Shown piece by piece: positions 17,374 to 26,849 of a stretch of 35,538 bases of DNA. The stretch's first letter is position 1; every line of letters starts with the position of its first letter. This DNA is from Bacteroidales bacterium (GTDB lineage Bacteria > Bacteroidota > Bacteroidia > Bacteroidales > UBA12077), in NCBI GenBank assembly GCA_028282585.1, contig JANQHR010000164.1:1-35538 (forward strand). The letters are read 5' to 3'. The position numbers and the translations under genes are program-made. The notes below the pieces were generated by a model. The model had not been told where the DNA came from and made no database searches. It saw only the letters and a list, made by a program, of their open reading frames with translations.

Positions 17374-18099
17374 ATGTTAAAACATCCATTCGGAGAATAT
17401 AAATTCGATATTAAATCATACAATGCTGGTAAAGACGGTAATTTAACACTGCCATCTTTATTTCTTTTTTTACAAGAATGCGCCTGGGATAATGCCCGGT
17501 TAAATGATTTTGGGTATGAATTTTTAAAAAGTAAAAATGCATTTTGGGTACTATCTCGTATTTTAGTTCAAATGGATAAGTATCCTGTTTGGAAAGATGA
17601 AATTAAAATTAAAACCTGGCCAAAGGGTACGGACGGTATATTTGCTTTGCGCGATTTTGAAATAATTGAAAAAGAAAATGTTATCGGGAGGGTTACAACA
17701 TCGTGGTTAATATTGGATATAGATACAAAACGGCCACAAAAGTTGGATGGGTTTAATTTTTTTCACGAGAATTTTATCAAAGAAGAAGCAATTGCCGAAA
17801 GGCTTGGGAAGATAAATTTTACAGGAGGTTTGGAGAAATTAGATGTAAGAAAAGTATATTATAGCGATCTGGATATTAATAAACATGTAAATAATGCAAG
17901 CTATGTTAAGTGGGTTGTGGACACTCATTTCGCAGAAAAAAATTTTCAGCAGATAAATGAATTTGAAATCAATTTTATTTCCGAATTGGCGTTAAACGAT
18001 GAATTTACTTTATATCAGGGGCAAAATACGGAGGGCAAAAAGTTTTATGTCATAAAAAATGAAAAAGGGCAAGATGTTTGTAAAGTAAGCATAAAATAA
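17374..18099 (+). CDS. Acyl-ACP thioesterase (FatA/FatB-like double hotdog fold)
   Basis: LQECA, WVLSR, IKTWP, A.RDF, TTSWLILD..T.RP, and catalytic-region DLDINKHVNNASYVKW. Confidence 0.88.
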   Translation: MLKHPFGEYKFDIKSYNAGKDGNLTLPSLFLFLQECAWDNARLNDFGYEFLKSKNAFWVLSRILVQMDKYPVWKDEIKIKTWPKGTDGIFALRDFEIIEKENVIGRVTTSWLILDIDTKRPQKLDGFNFFHENFIKEEAIAERLGKINFTGGLEKLDVRKVYYSDLDINKHVNNASYVKWVVDTHFAEKNFQQINEFEINFISELALNDEFTLYQGQNTEGKKFYVIKNEKGQDVCKVSIK

Positions 18100-18123
18100 A
18101 AACCGGAATTAACTTCCGGTTTT
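18098..18123. terminator. Bidirectional intrinsic terminator
   Basis: AAAACCGGAA-ttaac-TTCCGGTTTT between convergent genes. Confidence 0.85.
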
Positions 18124-18128
18124 ATTAT

Positions 18129-18509
18129 TTAGAATGGTAGATCGTCTGCTTCTTCCGACTCGGGAGGCAAATCATTAAGGGATGGTGGTGGAGTTGAGTC
18201 AAAACCTGCTTGCTCTGCTTGTACCTTCTCTATTCTCCATGCATCAAGATTGGTAAAATAGTTCACTTTACCATCTCGTTCCCACTTGTTGCCTCTAATA
18301 TTAAAACTTACCTTTACTTCATCATTTACTTCAATATTATCAACTAAATTACATCGATCTTGTGTAAGCTGGAATTTTATGTGATCGGTAAATTCCATTC
18401 CTCCATTCGATTCAGTTTTTTCAATTACAAACTCGCGTTTCTTAAAACGGTCATTAACCTGAATCGTATTATATTTTTCTATAATTTTTCCTGAAATCTC
18501 GAAACTCAT
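18129..18509 (-). CDS. DUF3127 family protein (SSB-like OB fold)
   Basis: MSFEISGK…FKKREFVIE…FQL.QD…V.VSFNIRG..W…YF.NL.AWRI with an acidic DDLPF tail. The ATG at 18509 is preferred to the TTG at 18521. Confidence 0.85.
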   Translation of the reverse strand: MSFEISGKIIEKYNTIQVNDRFKKREFVIEKTESNGGMEFTDHIKFQLTQDRCNLVDNIEVNDEVKVSFNIRGNKWERDGKVNYFTNLDAWRIEKVQAEQAGFDSTPPPSLNDLPPESEEADDLPF

Positions 18510-18510
18510 C

Positions 18511-18948
18511 TTATTCCTCAATAATATTTATTTTTTCAATTTTATCTCCTTGACTTATTTGATCAATTAACTCAAGTCCTTCATATACTTTGCCGAAAAC
18601 AGTATGGTTACGGTCTAAGTGTTGAGTATTTTCTCTATTATGACAGATAAAAAATTGAGATCCTCCTGTATCTCTTCCTGCATGTGCCATGGAAAGAACT
18701 CCTTTATCGTGATATTGATTATCACCATCCAGTTCGCATTTTATGGTATAACCAGGGCCTCCCATACCAGTTCCATCCGGACAACCACCTTGAACTACAA
18801 AGTTTGGAATAACTCTGTGAAAAGTCAATCCATCATAGAATCCTTCTTTTGATAATTTTACAAAATTTTCTACAGTACCCGGAGCATCTGCTTCGAAGAA
18901 TTTAAGTTTCAAGGTACCCTTTTCTGTTATAATTTCTGCTTTTTTCAT
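18511..18948 (-). CDS. Cyclophilin-type peptidyl-prolyl cis-trans isomerase
   Basis: [40 protein letters not shown]. Confidence 0.96.
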   Translation of the reverse strand: MKKAEIITEKGTLKLKFFEADAPGTVENFVKLSKEGFYDGLTFHRVIPNFVVQGGCPDGTGMGGPGYTIKCELDGDNQYHDKGVLSMAHAGRDTGGSQFFICHNRENTQHLDRNHTVFGKVYEGLELIDQISQGDKIEKINIIEE

Positions 18949-18960
18949 ATTTATAATGAT

Positions 18961-18992
18961 AAAAAAGCAAGCGTAAATAGTACGCTTGCTTT
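18961..18992 (-). terminator. Intrinsic terminator after the FKBP gene
   Basis: AAAGCAAGCGTA / TACGCTTGCTTT 12-bp stem, with an A-run at 18961-18966 (U-tract on the minus strand). Confidence 0.85.
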
Positions 18993-19011
18993 AAGATTAT
19001 AATTATTAAAA

Positions 19012-19740
19012 TTACTTGTTATTTTGTTCGCTAGCTATTACTTCAAAAAGTTCCACTTCGAAAATAAGAGCCATATTTTCTTCAATCTTTCCACCTGGAC
19101 GTACATTCTGCCCATAAGCTAATTCAGTAGGAATATAGAATTTATATTTAGCACCTTCTTTCATTAATTGAAGTCCTTCTGTCCAACCTTTTATTACCCT
19201 GTTTAAAACAAATTCAGCTGTATCACCTCTTTCCACTGAGCTATCGAAAACAGTCCCGTCAATTAATGTTCCATGGTAATGACATCTAACTTTATCCGAC
19301 TCACTTGGGTTCATTCCGGTACCTTCTTTTATAATTTCGTATTGTAATCCACTTTCGGTAGTAATAATGCCAGATTTTGCCTTGTTTTTATCTAAAAATG
19401 CTCTTCCATCTTCTAAGTTCTTAGCTAATCTTTCTTCTCTCATTTTAGTTTGTTTTTCTCTTAGTTTGGCAGAATAGTTTCTTAGAAACTCCTGAACTTC
19501 TTCTTCACTTATTTTAAGTTCATTTTCCTCTATTGCATCCTTCAATCCTTGCGCAAAAATTTCATAATTTAACTCATCAATGGCACTTCTTTTTAAATTT
19601 TTGCCAATATCCGTTCCAATGGAATAACTTAAAGTATCAATTTCTTGTTTTAATTTTAAATTTCCTGTTTTTGTTTGTCCACAAGAGCTTAAGATGATTA
19701 TGGCACCAGCCAGGAATAGTAACACGTTTTTAATTTTCAT
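19012..19740 (-). CDS. FKBP-type PPIase (Mip/FkpA-like) lipoprotein
   Basis: Likely start MKIKNVLLFLAGAIIILSSC (lipobox). FKBP_N SYSIG, then SGLQY, V.CHYHGTLIDGTVFDSS, VIKGWTEGL, IPTELAYG, LIFEVEL. Confidence 0.94.
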   Translation of the reverse strand: MKIKNVLLFLAGAIIILSSCGQTKTGNLKLKQEIDTLSYSIGTDIGKNLKRSAIDELNYEIFAQGLKDAIEENELKISEEEVQEFLRNYSAKLREKQTKMREERLAKNLEDGRAFLDKNKAKSGIITTESGLQYEIIKEGTGMNPSESDKVRCHYHGTLIDGTVFDSSVERGDTAEFVLNRVIKGWTEGLQLMKEGAKYKFYIPTELAYGQNVRPGGKIEENMALIFEVELFEVIASEQNNK

Positions 19741-19833
19741 AATATTTAGTTTTAATAGTTTATTAGAATTAATAAGAAATGCAAATTTGATCAATTTATT
19801 TGTAAATGACAAAATCTTAGTTTTTAAAAAAAG

Positions 19834-20499
19834 TTAATTTATATCTTTTATTGCTCTTAATATATGTCTTTTTCCTTTTGGACCCGAAAGTCTTTTAACC
19901 TTAAAACCAGCACTTCTTAAATTGTTTTTTACCATACCTTTACTGCTGTAGGTTGTTAAGGTACCATTATTATTAAGTGTTTCATAAATCTTACTAAAAA
20001 TTTTTTCGGTCCACATATTAGGTTGCTTGTCAGGAGCAAATGCATCGAAATATATAATATCATATTTTTTCTCAAATTGGAAAATATTAAAATCAGCATG
20101 TATTTTTTTTAATTTGAATTTATCAGAGATTTTAACTTCTTTATCCCAGGCTGAACCATGCATTTTAAGAATGATTTGCTCCTGACCGTGTGGTAGGAAG
20201 TCATTAAACCTTAAACTTTCAATAATACTTTGATTAATTGGATAAAGTTCAATAGCTTCATAATCAATTTTTATTTTTCTTTTCAAAGTTTCCAAATAAG
20301 TTAACACTGCATTTAATCCGGTACCAAATCCTACTTCAAATATTTTGATAGAATCCAAATTACAATAATGTAGCCCTGATTTAATAAAAACATGCATTGA
20401 TTCATTAAAAGCACCATGTATTGAATGATAATGTTCATCAAATTGGGAATTATACAATGTATTTGAGCTATCCGAAGTATTTACTATTCTTAAATCCAT
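19834..20499 (-). CDS. mnmD: tRNA mnm5s2U34 methyltransferase (MnmC N-terminal domain only)
   Basis: HYHS..GA..ES.HVF, EVGFGTGLN, YFDAFAP.KQP.MW, TYS.KG.V…L..AGF, GP.GKR. Confidence 0.9.
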   Translation of the reverse strand: MDLRIVNTSDSSNTLYNSQFDEHYHSIHGAFNESMHVFIKSGLHYCNLDSIKIFEVGFGTGLNAVLTYLETLKRKIKIDYEAIELYPINQSIIESLRFNDFLPHGQEQIILKMHGSAWDKEVKISDKFKLKKIHADFNIFQFEKKYDIIYFDAFAPDKQPNMWTEKIFSKIYETLNNNGTLTTYSSKGMVKNNLRSAGFKVKRLSGPKGKRHILRAIKDIN

Positions 20500-20513
20500 C
20501 TTTTTATGTAAAA

Positions 20514-21434
20514 CTATTGTTTTTTAAGTAAATCATTTACTGCATCTTCCGGACGTGAAAATAAAAAATTAAAACCTTCTGATTCAAGCTTTATAGAATG
20601 AACTTTTTGATTTGAAAGCAGTAGCTCATGAGCCATTTTTCCAAACAGTTGATATAAAAATATTTTGGGAACCTTTAACCAAACCGGTCTTTTTAATGAT
20701 TTTCCAATTATTTGGTTCAAATGTTTGGATTGAACTGGTTGTGAAGTAACTAAATTGTAAATTCCATTTGATGATTTGTTATTAATCAAAAACTCTATGG
20801 CCCTTATTTCATCTTTAATGTGAATCCAGGAAATCCAGTTGTTACCTTTCCCAAAATTGCTCCCAAGGTATAATTTGACAGGCTTCACAAGCTTAGGAAA
20901 TATTCCTCCGTTAGTTCCTAAAACAACCCCAGTTCTGATAATGATTCTTTTAATTTCGTGTGTTTCTAAGTCTTGGGTTGACCGTTCCCATTTGTCTGTG
21001 ACATATGCCAGAAAGCCTTTCCCTTTTGGTGAATCCTCATTACATTTATCAATCGTGTTGTATCCATAATATCCGACTGCTGAAGCCTGGATTAATAATT
21101 TTGGTTTTTTTTCCGATATCACTATAGCTTCTGATATTAACTTTCCAATATCTATCCGGCTATTTAAGATTTTTCGTTTTTGGCTTTTAGTCCAAAACTT
21201 TGATGCAATATTTTCGCCTGCAAGATTTACAATTACATCCATGGTAGAAAATATTTTAGATAATGTTTTAACACTTTTAAAATCCCAGGTAACAATATTT
21301 ATTGAATCATTAAATATCTTTTTCGCCTTATCGGGGTTTCTGGAAATTACATTCACATCAAATGATTTCTGAAGATGATTCGTAAGCTCTTTTCCAATGA
21401 AACCAGTTGCCCCAAATATTAGTATTTTTTTCAT
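20514..21434 (-). CDS. TIGR01777/YfcH-family NAD-dependent epimerase-like oxidoreductase
   Basis: GATGFIG, VNLAGENI, W…K..ILNSR, ASAVGYYG, RTGVVL, SWIHI.D. Confidence 0.92.
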   Translation of the reverse strand: MKKILIFGATGFIGKELTNHLQKSFDVNVISRNPDKAKKIFNDSINIVTWDFKSVKTLSKIFSTMDVIVNLAGENIASKFWTKSQKRKILNSRIDIGKLISEAIVISEKKPKLLIQASAVGYYGYNTIDKCNEDSPKGKGFLAYVTDKWERSTQDLETHEIKRIIIRTGVVLGTNGGIFPKLVKPVKLYLGSNFGKGNNWISWIHIKDEIRAIEFLINNKSSNGIYNLVTSQPVQSKHLNQIIGKSLKRPVWLKVPKIFLYQLFGKMAHELLLSNQKVHSIKLESEGFNFLFSRPEDAVNDLLKKQ

Positions 21435-22726
21435 TGATAAACCTTTTTATATGTTTTTAATGCTCTTTCTCTTGCAAACTTATGATCTACAATTGGTTTT
21501 GGGTACCTTGATGTGTTTAGCTCAGGTATCCATTTTTGTATATAGATGTATTTACTATCAAATTTTTTAGTTTGTATAATAGGGTTAAAAATTCTAAAAT
21601 AAGGAACAGCATCACAACCAGTGCTGGCAGCCCATTGCCAGCCACCATTGTTTGAAGAAAGTTCATAATCTAACAATTTTTCTGCAAAATAAGCTTCTCC
21701 CCAGCGCCAATCAATTAGTAAATGTTTAGTTAAAAAGCTTGCTGTTATCATACGTAATCGGTTATGCATATAGCCCGTTTTATTTAGCTCTCGCATTCCG
21801 GCATCTACTATAGGATAACCTGTTGTTCCATTGCACCAGGTAAGAAATTCCGTTTCATTATTTCGCCATTCAATAAGATCAAATTTTCTTTTAAACGACT
21901 GATTAACAATTGCAGGGAAGTGCCATAAGATCATCATGTAAAATTCTCTCCAGATTAACTCATTTAGAAAGATTTGATTAAGTTCCAAGGTAACTTTAAC
22001 GAGTTTTCTAATGCTTATTGTTCCAAACCTTAAATGAACACTAAGTCTTGAAGTACCATTTTCTGAAGGGAAATCTCTTGTTTTATGATACATGGAAATA
22101 AGGTCATGATTTATAACTTTTGGGGGAATGCTTAACTTAGTTTGGTTAAATCCAATAGATTTTAAACCAGGAAACTTAAATGGCCTTATTTTAATAAAAT
22201 TTGGAAATAATTCTTTAGTATCATAATTGATTATTTTGGTTTGTTGTAATTTTTGTTTCCACGTTTTTGAGTAAGGAGTAAATACAGTATAAGGCGTTTG
22301 ATCTTTTTTTACGATTTCCGCTTTTTCGAAAATAACTTGATCTTTAAAAGAGTATGTAGAGATATTCTGAGTTTTTAAGTAATCGTTAATTTCCTGGTCT
22401 CTTTTTATAGCATAAGGTTCGTAATCAGTATTATAATAAACTGATTTAATATTGAAATTTGAGACGATCCATTTAAAGGCATCTATTGGTTTACCTGTTA
22501 AAAATAATAGTGTACTTTCATATTTCTGAAGTTCAATATTAAGATTTTTCAATTCATTATAAATGAACTGAATTCGCCTATCATTTTTATTATCAAGTTT
22601 GTCAACTATGTTGGAATCAAATATAAAAATAGGTAGGACATTTCCCTTTTTAAGAGCGTTTTGTAAACCATGGTTATCGTTTAACCGAAGGTCTCTTCTA
22701 AACCAGAAAATAGTTACATTATCCAT
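21431..22726 (-). CDS. phrB: Deoxyribodipyrimidine photolyase / cryptochrome-photolyase family
   Basis: WFRRDLRL.DN, TSRLS.HL.FG.IS, ELIWREFY, GTTGYPIVDAGMREL..TGYMHNR.RM, NNGGWQW, RIFNP. Confidence 0.94.
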   Translation of the reverse strand: MDNVTIFWFRRDLRLNDNHGLQNALKKGNVLPIFIFDSNIVDKLDNKNDRRIQFIYNELKNLNIELQKYESTLLFLTGKPIDAFKWIVSNFNIKSVYYNTDYEPYAIKRDQEINDYLKTQNISTYSFKDQVIFEKAEIVKKDQTPYTVFTPYSKTWKQKLQQTKIINYDTKELFPNFIKIRPFKFPGLKSIGFNQTKLSIPPKVINHDLISMYHKTRDFPSENGTSRLSVHLRFGTISIRKLVKVTLELNQIFLNELIWREFYMMILWHFPAIVNQSFKRKFDLIEWRNNETEFLTWCNGTTGYPIVDAGMRELNKTGYMHNRLRMITASFLTKHLLIDWRWGEAYFAEKLLDYELSSNNGGWQWAASTGCDAVPYFRIFNPIIQTKKFDSKYIYIQKWIPELNTSRYPKPIVDHKFARERALKTYKKVYQ

Positions 22727-22947
22727 TTAATATTTAAAAATAATTAAACAAAATATTTCAAGAAAACTAATAGAAAGGTACTATTAAATCTTAATAATTA
22801 TATCATTTAATTTTGGATTTTAAACAAAAGACAATTTTATTTGTTCATGATTTATTTTTAAAGTTTATACAAATAAAATCGTTTCGATAATGAACCATTG
22901 AATGTGTTCATTGTTTAAACATTTGAAATCACTACATTACTTTATTT

Positions 22948-23829
22948 ATGGCAAGTTATTCAATCAAAGAGTTGGAAAATCTATCTGGTATTAAAGCGCA
23001 TACGATAAGGATTTGGGAAAAGAGGTATGGAATAATAAAACCAGCCAGAACAGATACAAACATAAGATTTTATTGTGATGAAGATCTAAAACGATTGTTA
23101 AATATCGCAATTCTTAATCGTCATGGAATGCGCATATCTGACATATCTAAATTATCAGATCCCGAAATGTCGGAGAAAGTAATCAATGTTTCATCAGATT
23201 CATCAAGTCCAGAGAGTAGTGTAGAGAATTTGATTATTGCAATGGTTGAAATGGATGAATTTAAATTTGATAGGATTTTATCCAGGTACATTATGCACGA
23301 AGGATTTGAAAATACTGTTATTAAGGTAATTTTCCCATTCTTTGAAAAGATTGGCATTTTATGGCAAACTGGAGCCATAAATCCTGCCCATGAGCATTTT
23401 GTATCCAACTTATTTAAACAAAAGCTCATGGTGGCCATTGATAATATTGTAGTACCGGAGCAACAATCTAATAAGAAGTTTATTTTATTCTTACCAGAAG
23501 GTGAATATCACGAGTTGGCTTTATTGTTTTATAATTATCTAATTAAGAAATCAGGTAAACTTGTTTATTATCTTGGAAGTTCAATACCATTTAATGATTT
23601 ATTGGAAACAATCAAAATGGTAGAAGCCGATTATTTATTTACTGCGATTACTTCATCTTTGAACAAGGAGGAGTTAATAGACTATTTAAATAATTTATCG
23701 GATAAATTTTCAATTCGGAAAATTTTTGTTACGGGTCTACAAGTAAAGGAGAATATAGTTAGATTTCCTTCTAGTGTTCTGAAAGTCTCATCACCTATGG
23801 ATTTTGCTGAAACGTTAAAAAATCTTTAA
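22948..23829 (+). CDS. MerR-family regulator with B12-binding domain (CarH/LitR-like)
   Basis: YSIKELE.LSGIKAHTIRIWEKRYG HTH; W-x9-EH (WQTGAINPAHEH); GEYHELAL (ExHxxG variant); YLG..IP. Confidence 0.9.
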   Translation: MASYSIKELENLSGIKAHTIRIWEKRYGIIKPARTDTNIRFYCDEDLKRLLNIAILNRHGMRISDISKLSDPEMSEKVINVSSDSSSPESSVENLIIAMVEMDEFKFDRILSRYIMHEGFENTVIKVIFPFFEKIGILWQTGAINPAHEHFVSNLFKQKLMVAIDNIVVPEQQSNKKFILFLPEGEYHELALLFYNYLIKKSGKLVYYLGSSIPFNDLLETIKMVEADYLFTAITSSLNKEELIDYLNNLSDKFSIRKIFVTGLQVKENIVRFPSSVLKVSSPMDFAETLKNL

Positions 23830-23856
23830 ATTACTTAGACTTGTTCTAAATAACCC

Positions 23857-23885
23857 ATCCTGCTTAGGTTTAAGCAGGATTTTTT
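23857..23885 (+). terminator. Intrinsic terminator after the MerR gene
   Basis: ATCCTGCTTA-ggtt-TAAGCAGGAT followed by TTTTT. Confidence 0.88.
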
Positions 23886-24055
23886 GTTTAGTTATGTGTT
23901 AAGTGTATAACATAAATGTTAAACAAAAAAATACATCGTAAACTTAATTTAGAACCTAGAGGTAAAAAAGTAACTTAATGCTTAAATAGCAGTGTTTTAC
24001 GCATTGAATCTTATTTAGAAAGTGCTTGTATAAAGGCAGTTGTAGGCTTTTTGAA

Positions 24056-24088
24056 TTTGGATTTTTGTTTATTTAGGTTGTATATTTG
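24056..24088 (+). promoter_or_regulatory. Bacteroidota sigma-A promoter for the ECF sigma gene
   Basis: TTTG (24056-24059), 21-nt spacer, TATATTTG (24081-24088). Overlapped by TGTTTAACA (24087-24095). Confidence 0.65.
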
Positions 24089-24116
24089 TTTAACAAATTA
24101 TTTAAAACATACAACT

Positions 24117-24620
24117 ATGACAGCAATTGAATTTAATCATCAACTTATAGGTTTAGAAACTAAACTTTCTAGGTTCGCCATGAGTTTGACCTCAAATAGG
24201 GAGGAAGCACAGGACCTTTTACAAGAAACTTATTTAAAAGCTCTATCACACAGAGATAAATTTGAAGGATATTCTAATTTAAAAGCATGGGCTTTTACAA
24301 TTATGAAGAACACTTTTATCAACAATTATCGTAAACAACAAAAAGAGAATACGCATAACGATACTACAAAAAATCTATATTTTTTGAATTTATCTCGTGA
24401 GTTATCACCTTCTAGGCCTGATAATGAGTATACTACGTCAGAAATTACTAAAGAAATTAACAATTTATCAGAAGAATTTAAAAGACCATTTACAATGTTT
24501 TTGAATGGTTATAAATACAAAGAAATTGCGGATAAATTAGGATTAAAGATAGGTACTGTTAAAAGTCGAATATTTTTTACAAGGAAGAAATTAATGGAAA
24601 ATTTGAAAGATTTTCAGTAG
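24117..24620 (+). CDS. ECF (sigma-70 group 4) RNA polymerase sigma factor
   Basis: Likely start MTAIEF. Region 2 AQDLLQETYLKA…NLKAW.FTIMKNTFIN.YRK; region 4 GYKYKEIA..L….GTVKSRIF..RKKL. Confidence 0.93.
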   Translation: MTAIEFNHQLIGLETKLSRFAMSLTSNREEAQDLLQETYLKALSHRDKFEGYSNLKAWAFTIMKNTFINNYRKQQKENTHNDTTKNLYFLNLSRELSPSRPDNEYTTSEITKEINNLSEEFKRPFTMFLNGYKYKEIADKLGLKIGTVKSRIFFTRKKLMENLKDFQ

Positions 24621-24646
24621 TCAATAGTTAATATAAATATTTTCAG

Positions 24647-24696
24647 AGAACTTTTTGGGAGTGACTAAAACGAACCAAAAAGTTCTTTTATTTTTT
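24647..24696 (+). terminator. Hairpin between the convergent sigma and SRPBCC genes
   Basis: AGAACTTTTTGG (24647-24658) / CCAAAAAGTTCT (24675-24686), followed by a T-rich run. Confidence 0.5.
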
Positions 24697-25123
24697 GAGA
24701 CCTATAATCAAAAATCTCTTTTACTCGCTTTTTAATAATTAATTTATGCAATATTTTTCCAATAAAACCAAGTGGTAAGTCGTAAAACAAAATATCTTGC
24801 ATTTCAACACCTCCCTCAATTTCCTTAAAATGATGTTCATGATGCCATATTTTATATGGCCCTTTAACTTGATTATCAATAAAGTATTTGTATGGTTTAA
24901 TTTGCGTAATTTCAGTTGCCCAGTTCACAGATATTCTGAATAACGGACTCAGGGTATAAGTAATAATCATTCCAGGATACATCTCGCCGGCATCAGATCT
25001 TAAATGGATTTTAAACCTTAGATTTTCAGGAGTGATTTTTGCCAGGTTTTCTGGTTTTGAGAAAAAATCCCAAGCTTGCTTAACAGAGATTGGTATAGAT
25101 TGAATTCTCCTTAATTGGTACAT
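24665..25123 (-). CDS. SRPBCC (START-like) family protein
   Basis: AWDFFS.PENLAKITP, G.IITY, W.TEIT, F.D.Q..GPY..WHHEHHF. Confidence 0.9.
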   Translation of the reverse strand: MYQLRRIQSIPISVKQAWDFFSKPENLAKITPENLRFKIHLRSDAGEMYPGMIITYTLSPLFRISVNWATEITQIKPYKYFIDNQVKGPYKIWHHEHHFKEIEGGVEMQDILFYDLPLGFIGKILHKLIIKKRVKEIFDYRSQKIKELFGSF

Positions 25124-25287
25124 TTATGCAAATAATTTACAAATAATTAATGTATAACAAGAAAACTTAACATTAGTTGGAGTTTATAGATTAAAGATAC
25201 TAAATATTTAAAGAATAATTAATAAAAGTTAAAGCTAAAAAATGAATTTAGTGAATATATTTCGTTAATCATAAAACAACAACACGA

Positions 25288-25782
25288 ATGGGCTTTTTAA
25301 AAAATATCAGATCAATCTTTTACAAAAAGTTACAAGTTCCAATAATCAGTTTCTTAAATGAAGGGATGGATCCGAAAAAACTTACTTGGGCAGTCGTTTT
25401 TGGCTTTATCTTCGGCATTTTCCCAGTTGTTGGTGTTACCACGATTCTTTGCGCTATTGTGGCTTTAACTTTTAGGTTAAATATGGCTGCTATTCAGTTG
25501 GTGAATTATTTCGTTTACCCTTTACAGTTATTACTTATTGTTCCTTATATGAAAGCAGGAGCAAACTTATTTCATATTGAAGAGCTGGTTCCTTTAACAA
25601 ACTTTACAAAACAATTTAGTATGGGCGATTTATTATCAGGATTTACAGTGTTAACTAAAGCATTTACCGGTGCAATCATAATTTGGATATTCGTTGCAGT
25701 TGTAAGTGGTTTTGTTATTTATAAAATAATTTATCCTATATTTAAACGCATTGTAAATGTTCAAAATTATAATCCGGTTTAG
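25288..25782 (+). CDS. DUF2062-like membrane protein
   Basis: P.KL….V.G…GIFPV.GVTT.LC…A..FRLN….Q.VNY; several hydrophobic segments. Confidence 0.75.
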   Translation: MGFLKNIRSIFYKKLQVPIISFLNEGMDPKKLTWAVVFGFIFGIFPVVGVTTILCAIVALTFRLNMAAIQLVNYFVYPLQLLLIVPYMKAGANLFHIEELVPLTNFTKQFSMGDLLSGFTVLTKAFTGAIIIWIFVAVVSGFVIYKIIYPIFKRIVNVQNYNPV

Positions 25783-26556
25783 ATGGTTGATTATCATTCA
25801 CATTCTATTTATTCTGATGGAAAAAATACTTATAATGAAACTCTTAACCAAGCTATCAAAAAGAATTTAAAAGAATTTGGTTTTTCTGATCACTTGTGTA
25901 TATACTATCCTGATTGGGCAATTAGAAAAGAAAACTTTCCGAAATTAATTAGTGAAATTAACGAAATTAAAAACCGTAAGAACCTTTCATTAGAAGTAAA
26001 ATTTGGACTTGAAGTTGACTATATTGAAGATCGTGAAGAAGAAATTCAAAATTGTTTGGATTTATTTCCATTAGATTATGTTATTGGATCAGTTCATTAT
26101 GTTGGGAACTGGAATTTTGACACAAAAGCTAATGGTTATCAATCTAAAGATATTGATCAATTTTATGCGGAGTATTATAGACTTATTCAAAAAGCAGCAC
26201 GATCCGGATTATTTGATATTATGGGACATATCGATGTTGCCAAAAAGTTTAATTATTTCCCAGGTTTTGATTTGAATCCTATTTACGAGCAAACAGCAAA
26301 AGTTTTTTCAGAATCAGATGTCGTTATAGAATTAAATACCAGTGGAAAAGATAGGCCATGTAAGGAATTCTATCCGTCTGATAGATTTTTACAGCATTGT
26401 TATGATCATAATGTACCTGTTACCCTAGGGTCTGATGCTCATCATGTTAATGATGTTGCAAGGTACTTTCCCGAAGTTTTAGAAAAATTAAAATTAATTG
26501 GATATACTCAACTGGCTAGTTTTACTAAAAGAGAAAGAAAATTCTTGGATATTTAA
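25783..26556 (+). CDS. PHP-family histidinol-phosphatase (HisK/HisJ-like)
   Basis: DYHSHS..SDG, FSDH, GLEVDY, GSVH, GHID, ELNTSG, GSDAH. Confidence 0.88.
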   Translation: MVDYHSHSIYSDGKNTYNETLNQAIKKNLKEFGFSDHLCIYYPDWAIRKENFPKLISEINEIKNRKNLSLEVKFGLEVDYIEDREEEIQNCLDLFPLDYVIGSVHYVGNWNFDTKANGYQSKDIDQFYAEYYRLIQKAARSGLFDIMGHIDVAKKFNYFPGFDLNPIYEQTAKVFSESDVVIELNTSGKDRPCKEFYPSDRFLQHCYDHNVPVTLGSDAHHVNDVARYFPEVLEKLKLIGYTQLASFTKRERKFLDI

Positions 26557-26804
26557 GATTCACTATCTTCCAATGACTTTAAAAACTGATCTAAAATCGC
26601 TTTTGCACTTTCAAAATTCCTATTAGAAACATAAAGATTTGCTTCAGAATCAGGATAGCCACCTCCAAAACCGGCAGACAATCCTGATTTCATTTCATTA
26701 CGTATTAAAGAACCAATTTTATTATCTTCTAATATCTCTTTTAAAACATTTGTATTTATCTCTGTTCCTGTGTATAATAGAACTAAATCTTCATGATCAG
26801 TCAT
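26553..26804 (-). CDS. DUF2007-like small putative signal-transducing protein
   Basis: 83 aa; YTG…..LK.ILEDN.I….N…SG…GFG……LYV…..A..IL. Confidence 0.7.
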   Translation of the reverse strand: MTDHEDLVLLYTGTEINTNVLKEILEDNKIGSLIRNEMKSGLSAGFGGGYPDSEANLYVSNRNFESAKAILDQFLKSLEDSES

Positions 26805-26849
26805 AGCAACTTAAATAAAGTTTATTCATTAAATGTAGCAAATAATTTT

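Noticed and set aside
1-18123. Mobile element or integrative island boundaries around the lan locus
   Set aside because: No integrase, transposase, tRNA, terminal repeats or visible compositional shift was found.
18511-19740. Two PPIases as lanthipeptide maturation factors (the core contains three Pro)
   Set aside because: They are on the opposite strand beyond a bidirectional terminator, in a typical housekeeping context with DUF3127 and mnmD.
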